NCBI GenBank assembly: GCA_041484665.1
Contig: JBGPIA010000029.1
Location: 1 to 33,710, forward strand
From: Candidatus Krumholzibacteriia bacterium
GTDB lineage: Bacteria; Krumholzibacteriota; Krumholzibacteriia; JAJRXK01
Direction: 5' to 3'
Length of the DNA stretch: 33,710 bases
Shown: one piece after another, positions 27,901 through 33,710 of the stretch
Layout of the letters: each line of letters opens with the position of its first letter
How positions within the stretch are numbered: position 1 is the stretch's first letter
Translations under genes and position numbers: made by a program
The notes under the pieces: generated by a model
The model's input: only the letters and a program-made list of their open reading frames with translations
What the model was told of the DNA's origin: nothing
Databases searched by the model: none

Positions 27901-28885
27901 CGACGGCTTCGACGACGTGATCGTCGGCGCGACGTACTTCGATCTCCCGAGTCGCGCAGATGCCGGCCGCGCGGTCCTGTACGACCTCAACCGATACCAT
28001 CTGCTGGCGCCCGCCGGCGGCGTCACCTGGAACGTGGGCGCGAGCGTCAGCGCGGCGTGGTCCGGCGCAGAGCCGGCTGACCTCTGGCTGTCGCTGGACG
28101 GAGGACGCACCTACGACATGCTTCGCGCCGATGTGGGCGGTGCCACCAGCAACGCCATCCAGCTGCTGGTGCCCCACGCGCCGACGCGGTTCGCGCTGTT
28201 GAGGCTGACTCCAAGCGACCAGGCTGTTTCTGGCAAGGACGAAACCGGTTCGTTCTTCACGATCCAGGCCAGCGTGGCGCTCTTGGGCTTCACCGCGCGG
28301 CCGCAGTCAGAGGGAGGAAGCGGTGTGGTGCTCTCGTGGTCCACCGATCCGCCGGCGGGCCCGCAAGGGTTGAAGGGATACCGGCTGTTCCGGATACAGA
28401 AGGCCGGCGCGGCGGTGGGTACGGATGGTTCGGCGGCAGTCACCCTCGGCCGCACGCGGGTAGGGCCCGAGCTGATCGTGGACTCGCAGTACACCGATGC
28501 GCAGCCGCAGCCCGCAAGCAAGTACGAGCTGTTCGCGGTGAACGGGTTGGACGAGGAGTTGCTGGTGGGCGAAGCGTCGCTGCTGCCCATGCGCGCATTG
28601 TCGGCGTGGCCCTTGCCAATGTCGCCGTCGCGCGGGGAGCTGCACGTGTCGTTCGCGGCGACGGGCGGACTGGGAGGGGGTGCGGGCGAGGTCGAGGTCG
28701 CCTTGTTCGACGTCCGTGGGCGGCGCGTGCGGACCGTGGCGAGCGGCGGGTTTGGCGCCGGGTACCACGCGGTGACGTGGGACGGGCGCGACGCGCATGG
28801 ACAGACGCTTGCGGCGGGCGTCTATTTTCTGCGCGCGACCAGCGGGGGGCGCCACACGCAGATGAAGCTGGTGGTGATGCCGTGA
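24989..28885 (+). CDS. Secreted FG-GAP / integrin-alpha-like double beta-propeller protein with C-terminal FlgD Ig-like domain
   Basis: AGGAGG RBS before ATG at 24989; signal peptide; 14 GDxxxDG(Y/F)xD repeats; C-terminal LFDVRGRRVRT...WDGRD...GVYFLR. Confidence 0.92.
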   Translation: MPAIRIRRAIFLTGRLSIACLPPLLWPTLAGALSNRALVSPKGAVANDELGTAVASAGDVNGDGYDDVIAGAPKNDSGGQDAGRAYILLGGPVGVSGSLQLPLVDDVPDFTFTGEVAFDQFGGSVASAGDVNGDGYEDVIVGASMNDAGGVATDNRGRAYVFFMGPGADTTADLILTGQASDDRFGTVVAGAGDLNGDGYDDVIVGAPNNDAGGAPADNRGRAYVFLGGPGPDAAADLTLTGLAAGDNFGVAAASAGDVNGDGYDDVVVGAEMNDAAAGNAGAAYLFYGGPSGAGFNAVADLTLTGTAIDDHFGHTVAGAGDVNGDGYDDLVIGAPDNDTGFAGAGQAYLYLGGANADASADLTFTGAFTNDGLGVSVASAGDVNGDGFADVILGIWGGDPNGGNSGEVAVMLGGTTANAVVDLTLGGATAADLYGFAVASAGDFDGDGYDDVIAGAYGNDAGGSNAGRAYVTGVFPYRVLSPDGGETWVAGRPASVRWLGHDVADVALSTDGGATWSTLLAGVGGLDANQHSITAPGVPTDAAKLRISMSGQAVKHSTSDSSDRPFRIVRPADPPPAAARLQVAPAGAVAGDNLGWSVASAGDINGDGFADVATGAINGDAGVVDGGEVRVYFGGPAADAMADLILAGTQAGELFGNAIAAAGDVNGDGYGDLIVGARGYDAGSADIGRAYVFLGGAVPNAVADLVLTGAGAGDWFGSAVAGVGDVNRDGYDDFLVGADQTGAAAGAGRAYLYFGGPALPATAALTLTGGAPGDRFGRTVAGLGDIDGDGFDDVLVGAPYRDTGSNDAGAVYVYLGGATPNAVADLILTGDAPAARLGFAAAAAGDVDGDGFPDLIAGAPGDFFTPQIGRALVFQGGPAMDAVPDRVLVGVAAGDLFGNAVASAGDVNGDGFADLVVGAYKNGSGASEGGQAYLYHGGPGADALADHVFTGTGAGESLGWAVAGAGDVNADGFDDVIVGATYFDLPSRADAGRAVLYDLNRYHLLAPAGGVTWNVGASVSAAWSGAEPADLWLSLDGGRTYDMLRADVGGATSNAIQLLVPHAPTRFALLRLTPSDQAVSGKDETGSFFTIQASVALLGFTARPQSEGGSGVVLSWSTDPPAGPQGLKGYRLFRIQKAGAAVGTDGSAAVTLGRTRVGPELIVDSQYTDAQPQPASKYELFAVNGLDEELLVGEASLLPMRALSAWPLPMSPSRGELHVSFAATGGLGGGAGEVEVALFDVRGRRVRTVASGGFGAGYHAVTWDGRDAHGQTLAAGVYFLRATSGGRHTQMKLVVMP

Positions 28886-29991
28886 GATGGGCGTCGCTGC
28901 TGGCGCTCTCCATGACGGCCCTGGTCGTCACGCCGGCGGCCGCGACCACTCTGTTCGGGCTGATCGACACCGGGGAGCTCTACAGTTCCCCGGACAACGG
29001 CGCCTCCTGGAGTGCGCTCGCCGCGCTTCCCGTGCACGATGCGGTTGCCCTGTCGGCGCGCACCAGCAGCCTCGACCTGATCGCGATCAGTCGCTTTGGA
29101 TCGGTGTACGGTTCGTCCGACGGCGGCCTGACCTGGACCGCGGTGGGCGTTGTCCCGGCCCACGATGTCGTGGATCTGGCGATCCTGCCGAACCACAACG
29201 GGGTCCTGCTGGTGATGACCGCAGCGGGATCGCTGTACCAATCCACCGACCAGGGGGCGAGCTTCACCGCCCTCGCCGCGCTGGTCGGCTCGAGCTTCGT
29301 CAGCCTTACGGTCACCGCGTCTGGCGCGGCGTGCTACGCCCTGACCCGCACCGGGGAGGTCTACGAGAGCACCGATGGCGGCACGAGCTGGGAGATCAAG
29401 GGTGCGGTGGCCGTGCCCGACGCGCAGCAGCTGCGGTCGTCGCCGGCCGGCCTTTGTCTGCTGACCGCAAGCGGGGACGTTCTGCGCAGCACGGACGCCG
29501 GCGCGACGTGGGTGACGGTGGGCACGCTGTCACAGGTGGGGATGCGCGGGCTCGCACGCATCGGCACGAGCCTGGTGGCAGCCAGCCGCGAGGGGCACGT
29601 GGCCATCTCGAGTGACGGGATGAACTGGACCTGGCGGGGCTCGATCAACCAGCTCACGCTGACGGCGCTGGCCACCGACGAGCCCGTGACGACCAGCACA
29701 CAGCTGGCGCCAACGCTCGAGCCCAGCGTACTGTCGGTGGGGCCGCCGTTTCCGAACCCGTCGCGGGGGCGGGTATCCTTCGTGGTGCGGGCGCAGCGCG
29801 ACGACGTCGTGCGGCTGACGGTGTACGACCTCGCGGGGCGACGGGTAGCGCACGGGGAGCCGCAATCGCTGGGGGCCGGAGCGCATCTGCTGACGTGGGT
29901 GCCGCGGGGTGTGGCCGCGGGGAGTTACGTGGTGAGGATCGAAGGCCACCTGGGGGTCGCGGCAGCGCGAACGTGGGTGGTGGCACGGTAA
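28882..29991 (+). CDS. Secreted BNR/Asp-box beta-propeller protein with T9SS-type-A/FlgD-like C-terminal domain
   Basis: GTGA overlap with previous gene; signal peptide; six SxDxGxxW-type boxes; PFPNPSRG..VYDLAGRRV..GSYVVR tail. Confidence 0.85.
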   Translation: MRWASLLALSMTALVVTPAAATTLFGLIDTGELYSSPDNGASWSALAALPVHDAVALSARTSSLDLIAISRFGSVYGSSDGGLTWTAVGVVPAHDVVDLAILPNHNGVLLVMTAAGSLYQSTDQGASFTALAALVGSSFVSLTVTASGAACYALTRTGEVYESTDGGTSWEIKGAVAVPDAQQLRSSPAGLCLLTASGDVLRSTDAGATWVTVGTLSQVGMRGLARIGTSLVAASREGHVAISSDGMNWTWRGSINQLTLTALATDEPVTTSTQLAPTLEPSVLSVGPPFPNPSRGRVSFVVRAQRDDVVRLTVYDLAGRRVAHGEPQSLGAGAHLLTWVPRGVAAGSYVVRIEGHLGVAAARTWVVAR

Positions 29992-30141
29992 CGGCAACAA
30001 GGCCCGGGTGAGCCTGCGCTGCCCCCGCGCTTGATGCTGCGTGCTGCGCCGGCGCCCTCGAGACGCGCCTCGCCATGGCCTCGCGCTCATGGCTCCCTTA
30101 TGGCTGTCGAACGACATGCGATTGAGCCGCGACTTCCCGGG

Positions 30142-30876
30142 CTACTTGAAAAGGAGGTGGGCCACCTCGGATTCGAGATTCCAGTAGATCATCGCGACCG
30201 CGGTCAGGTCGAACGCGGCGTGCGCAAACATCAGCATCCAGATCCGGCCTGTGACTGCGTAGATCGCTCCGTACACAAGCCCGACGATCGTGGCCTGCTC
30301 GGCGCCGGCGAGCCCTTGGACTGGATAGTGGACCAGTCCGAACCATGCGGCAGTGAGCAGCACGGTCGCTGTTTTGGCGCCCACGCCGCGTCCGAAAAGC
30401 TTCCCGAGGCGTTCGAACAGGTACCCCCGGAACACGGTCTCTTCTCCGAAGCCTGCGCCGACAGTTACGTCGAACAGCATTCCGGGGAGCGCGGCCCGGT
30501 TTCCTGCCAGGAAATGGTACGCCTGATTGATCGGATCGGCGCCGAGAAGCGGCATCACGATCATCTTCATCAGGACCTTGAACGCGCTGCCGAAAACGAT
30601 GCCGACCGCCACGGTGCGGGCCCAGCTCCCGCGCCGTACGTATCCGATCTCGTGCCATGGCGTGCGCGAACGGCGGGCCCACACCAGTACCAGGATGGCA
30701 CCAAGGGGCTCAACGACCGGACCGGCCGCGAGGATGACGAGCATCGCGACGGTGCCGAGCGCCCCGAATCCGCGCAGGCTCTCCGCGAGACGATCCCCGG
30801 AAGGCGGTGCTGCTCCCGTTTCGCCCGGAACCTTAGGAACCCGTTCCGGGAATTTCGACGCGTCGCTTGTCAGCAT
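30142..30876 (-). CDS. CPBP (CAAX/Abi) family intramembrane metalloprotease (gene cassette)
   Basis: EETVFRG, FGLVH, HAAFD catalytic motifs; multiple TM helices; first ATG after the attC is at 30876. Confidence 0.9.
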   Translation of the reverse strand: MLTSDASKFPERVPKVPGETGAAPPSGDRLAESLRGFGALGTVAMLVILAAGPVVEPLGAILVLVWARRSRTPWHEIGYVRRGSWARTVAVGIVFGSAFKVLMKMIVMPLLGADPINQAYHFLAGNRAALPGMLFDVTVGAGFGEETVFRGYLFERLGKLFGRGVGAKTATVLLTAAWFGLVHYPVQGLAGAEQATIVGLVYGAIYAVTGRIWMLMFAHAAFDLTAVAMIYWNLESEVAHLLFK

Positions 30877-30926
30877 GCTGACACTCTCGAAGGGGTGGTT
30901 GCCGAAGACGGAATCGGGTGGGGTCC

Positions 30927-31046
30927 GTCTAACGGGGCAGCGCGTCCGGACCATCGCGCCGCTTCACCCGCGGCGGGGGCCGATTTCAATCAATGCTCGT
31001 CTGAGCACCTTGCGCGCTCGCCGCGGGGTGCAAGCGAATGTTGGAC
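30927..31046 (-). mobile_element. attC: Integron attC site with expanded spacer (120 bp)
   Basis: Minus strand GTCCAAC-attcg-cttgcaccccgcggcg...cgccgcgggtgaag-(28 nt)-GTTAGAC. Confidence 0.7.
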
Positions 31047-31055
31047 AGCCCGCCG

Positions 31056-31297
31056 CTACCTTCTCAAGAGATAGAAGTCAGATATCGCCAGCCCGATGCC
31101 GAGAGTCCGAGGCCACGAGAGCGTCTCGTGAAAGAATACGACTCCGGCCACGGCCATGAGAGTGCCCCCCCCCGCCCGAATCGCCGGAACGGACGACAAC
31201 GGCCCCCCGGCGTTGAAGGAGCAGCAAGAACGCGATCGTTCCAGCTCACACCGCAACACCCGAGAGCAACGAAAGTATCCATCCCATCCCGTCTACC
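31056..31297 (-). pseudogene. EamA/DMT-family transporter fragment (5' truncated, nonsense and frameshift)
   Basis: Frame 1: DGMGWILSLLSGVAV*AGTIAFLLLLQ (TGA at 31246-31248); shifts near a G run to GGPLSSVPAIRAGGGTLMAVAGVVFFHETLSWPRTLGIGLA. Confidence 0.7.
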
Positions 31298-31298
31298 G

Positions 31299-31396
31299 GT
31301 CTAACGGATTGCCGCTCAGCCGCGAGCGGCGCTTCCCCTTGTTCGACTCAGACTGACGTGCCCGCGCCGCTCATCGGCTGCAGCGGCTGGTTAGAT
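31299..31396 (-). mobile_element. attC: Integron attC site (98 bp)
   Basis: Minus strand ATCTAAC-cagcc-gctgcagccgatgagcggcg...cgccgctcgcggctgagc-ggcaatcc-GTTAGAC. Confidence 0.9.
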
Positions 31397-31441
31397 CGCC
31401 TGTCGCTGATGTGAGCTCGCTACGGATCCTTCATTTCAGAC

Positions 31442-31837
31442 CTAAGAATCTTGCGGGACGTAAGCGTTGCCGAGATCGTGACCCACACGCACCAGGTTGC
31501 CCGATGGATCGACAAGCGTGAACTCGCGCATGCCCCACGGCTGATCGACCGGTGCGGTCAGCCGAGGTATCCCCTCGGAAGGCAGGTTGAGTGCGGCGAA
31601 CTCCTGATAGAACCGGTCCGCATCCTTGACGCGCCAGTAGCAGCTCGTGTCGTTCTCGCTTGGTGTTAATCCTGGTTCAGCGAAGAAATGGACGACAAGG
31701 TGGCCGCGGGAAACAATTTCGTAGTCCCAGGGTCCACGTCCCCGAAACCACGGGGCGAAACCGAGCTTCTCATAAAACGCGCGCGTCTCATCGAGGCTTC
31801 GCGCTGGAAGAATGGGCTCTGGGCGTTCCGTTCGCAT
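31442..31837 (-). CDS. VOC / glyoxalase / bleomycin-resistance family protein (gene cassette)
   Basis: PILPARSLDETRAFYEKLGF, SCYWRV, DQPWGMREFTLVDPSGNLVRVG. Confidence 0.9.
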   Translation of the reverse strand: MRTERPEPILPARSLDETRAFYEKLGFAPWFRGRGPWDYEIVSRGHLVVHFFAEPGLTPSENDTSCYWRVKDADRFYQEFAALNLPSEGIPRLTAPVDQPWGMREFTLVDPSGNLVRVGHDLGNAYVPQDS

Positions 31838-31896
31838 CGCTGATCCTCAGAACAACGGCACGATGACTTGTGGCCGGGTCCGCGGAGAGCTACGCG

Positions 31897-31956
31897 GTCT
31901 AACGCTCGGCATGAGCGCCGGCGCGACGCGCCGCCGGCTGCATGCTGTTGTTAGGC
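31897..31956 (-). mobile_element. attC: Integron attC site (60 bp)
   Basis: Minus strand GCCTAAC-aacag-catgcagccggcg...cgccggcgctcatg-ccgagc-GTTAGAC. Confidence 0.88.
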
Positions 31957-32144
31957 CGTGGAGCCCTGTCCACCTACGAGGGTCCTCAAAAGGATACCTC
32001 GGCGCGAAGTCCAAGACCAGCCGCACCAATTGGCATAGGGTGAGCCCGAAGAAGACTACCCCTGCTGAGTTGGCCATGCGAACCACCATTCGTGAGCTCA
32101 TGCTCCTGAGACCGCGCCCTGCCATACATCGATCTACGAAAGCC

Positions 32145-32201
32145 GCCTAACGACGGGTATCAGCCGCGGACAAAGGCCGTCGGCTGCAACCATTGTTAGG
32201 C
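32145..32201 (-). mobile_element. attC: Integron attC site (57 bp)
   Basis: Minus strand GCCTAAC-aatgg-ttgcagccgacgg...ccgcggctgata-cccgtc-GTTAGGC. Confidence 0.9.
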
Positions 32202-32493
32202 GGGGCGTTCCCACGAGTCCTGGCAACATGACGAATCCAGCAGTCGCCAATGAGGCCCAGAGCGATCGCGTCCGCAAGGAGAACCGGTCGAAGTTTGTGC
32301 TCGTCTGCATCTCGTAACCGCGCGCTTGCAGGATCTGCCGCAATTGGCCCAGGGATTTCGGGATGTCGTAGTGCTGAAGAGACAGGGCACCTGACTCGCC
32401 AATCGGGATGGTCACCTCACTGACGCTGCCGGGGACGCCGTTGGGCCGCGGCTCGTTGGCGTCGCGTGGTGCGACTCGCCGGTTGCCGTGGGC

Positions 32494-33361
32494 TCACCGC
32501 CGCATGCTTTCATCCAAAAAGGCGAACACGTCGGGCTCCCACGTCGCTACGCTCAGATGGACGAAGTTGTGCCCCTCGTCGGCAGTCCGACCGAAGGCAG
32601 GGTGGATCTTGACGCGGTGCGGCTTGCCGAGCCGCGCCATCTCGGCGGCCAGCGCCTCCCCCGGCGCGATGGAGTAGTCGTTCGCGGCGTGGATGAAGAA
32701 TACCGGCGCCGCGATGCGGCGGATGGCCGCGAAGAGCCGCGCGCTCAACTCCGGCGAGCGCCCCCAGCTGTAGGCTGCGCCGGCGAAATCGACGACCGCC
32801 CGGAGGGTGGTGTCGCGCTCGGCCACGAGCAGGGTGAGGGACCCTCCGAACGAGTGTCCGGCGACCGCGACGCGGCGCGCGTCGACCTCGGGGAGCGCAC
32901 GCAGGAACGCGAGCCCGGCGAGGGCGTCACTCAGCTCATCGGCCTCCAGCAGATGCGACTGGATCTGGTTGCGCCCCTCGTGCCCATGTGCCGCAAGCTC
33001 TTGGTCCAGAGAGTCGCCGCTGTAGGTGCCCCGGTTGGCCGAGAGTCCGGCCCCGCGCCGGAAGAGGAAGACGAAGACGTAACCATGTCTGGCGAAAACG
33101 GGTCCGAGCGCCGCGGCCTGCTGCTCGAAGGTTCGCTGATCACGTTGCCCGGATTCGGTGCCTTTCGCGTGCCCGCTCCCGTGGTTGAACAGGACCGCGG
33201 GAAACGGCCCCCGGCCCCGGGGGGTGCCAGAGCAGTGCGCGCAGCTTGAGCGCCTCGCTCTACACCACGACCGTATCAGGCCCGGCGGACGCCTGGCCCT
33301 CCGCCGAAGCCGAGAGCGCGGAGGCTAGAGCCAGCGCGAGCAAGAGCACGCGAGTCTTCAC
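32494..33361 (-). pseudogene. Dienelactone hydrolase / alpha-beta hydrolase family gene, disrupted (gene cassette)
   Basis: Signal peptide from GTG at 33361; TAG at 33260-33262; one extra base in the C/G runs at 33206-33224; then GPFPAVLFNHGSG, GHSFGG, HAAND and EGH motifs in a single frame to the stop at 32494. Confidence 0.8.
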
Positions 33362-33387
33362 CCTTGCATCCCCGAAAGCGTGAAGCC

Positions 33388-33493
33388 GCCTAACGGATCG
33401 GGCATCACCTGCGGCTGGCGCGCCTGCCCTGAACCTCACACTACGGCCGATGCTCGGGGCGTGCCACCTGGCAGGTGCATGCCCTGGTTGGCC
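33388..33493 (-). mobile_element. attC: Integron attC site (106 bp)
   Basis: Minus strand GGCCAAC-caggg-catgcacctgc...gcaggtgatg-cccgatcc-GTTAGGC. Confidence 0.85.
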
Positions 33494-33509
33494 TGCCGTC
33501 GCAACCGGG

Positions 33510-33569
33510 TCAATCGTAGAGCGTCTTGATCCGACCGAAACTCCGGTCAAGCGCAGGCACGACGGTCGC
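33510..33569 (-). pseudogene. Severed 3' end of a cassette gene (ATVVPALDRSFGRIKTLYD*)
   Basis: Open frame from the probable IS end to a TGA 16 bp before the attC; matches the C-terminal motif of the 20010-20468 protein. Confidence 0.6.
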
Positions 33570-33570
33570 G

Positions 33571-33710
33571 GAGTCAAGCCCATTCCTAGTTGGAAATCTC
33601 CACGGCTCGTCGGTTGGCTACGCCACCTCTTCCTCGAATGACTGCTCACTCGGCTCGATCTTAAGTTCCACTTGGATCGCTTTGCGAAGCTTCAGCAGGT
33701 GCCGGTGGCC
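33571..33710 (-). mobile_element. Right end of probable IS256-family insertion sequence (partial)
   Basis: Minus-strand frame GHRHLLKLRKAIQVELKIEPSEQSFEEEVA* (stop 33618-33620) resembles IS256 transposase C-termini; followed by ...TTTCCAACTAGGAATGGGCTTGACTC resembling a terminal IR; interrupts a reading frame. Confidence 0.55.

Noticed and set aside
25150..27930. Recurring GGCGACGTGAACGGCGACGGC nucleotide repeats as a DGR or CRISPR-like array
   Set aside because: Fully explained by coding FG-GAP repeats; no reverse transcriptase, cas genes or adenine-specific variation seen
30031..31074. 347-aa plus-strand ORF and similar long antisense ORFs throughout the window
   Set aside because: Mirror frames of real genes in high-GC DNA; no recognisable motifs
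19947..33493. Palindromic intergenic elements as CRISPR repeats, REP elements or terminators
   Set aside because: They differ in sequence and length, are separated by whole genes, lack U-tracts, and carry RYYYAAC/GTTRRRY ends with an extra-helical base, which fits attC

Overview
GC-rich bacterial window with three zones. (1) 172-2691: a probable toxin-antitoxin-like pair (HTH/pseudo-nucleotidyltransferase fusion plus a DUF6036-type nucleotidyltransferase) behind a four-half-site palindromic operator, followed by a truncated YCF48/BNR propeller gene. (2) 3058-18962: a signalling island with four tandem, closely coupled membrane Ser/Thr kinase-beta-propeller receptors alternating between two kinase subtypes (A-B-A-B), plus a TIGR02999/ECF43-type sigma factor with its kinase-TPR partner. 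(3) 19947-33710: a minus-strand integron-type cassette array with ten attC-like sites and no integrase in the window. The sites are mostly intact on the right and decayed on the left, where four share the same TAAC>TGAC core change. The array is split by a YciI-ECF42 unit and a 5-kb opposite-strand operon of secreted propeller proteins, and is hit at the right edge by a probable IS256-family element. Two cassette proteins end in the same 15-residue C-terminal motif, a candidate sorting signal. The gene content suggests an Eisenbacteria/Krumholzibacteria-like host (inference only). All calls come from reading motifs by eye; no searches were run.
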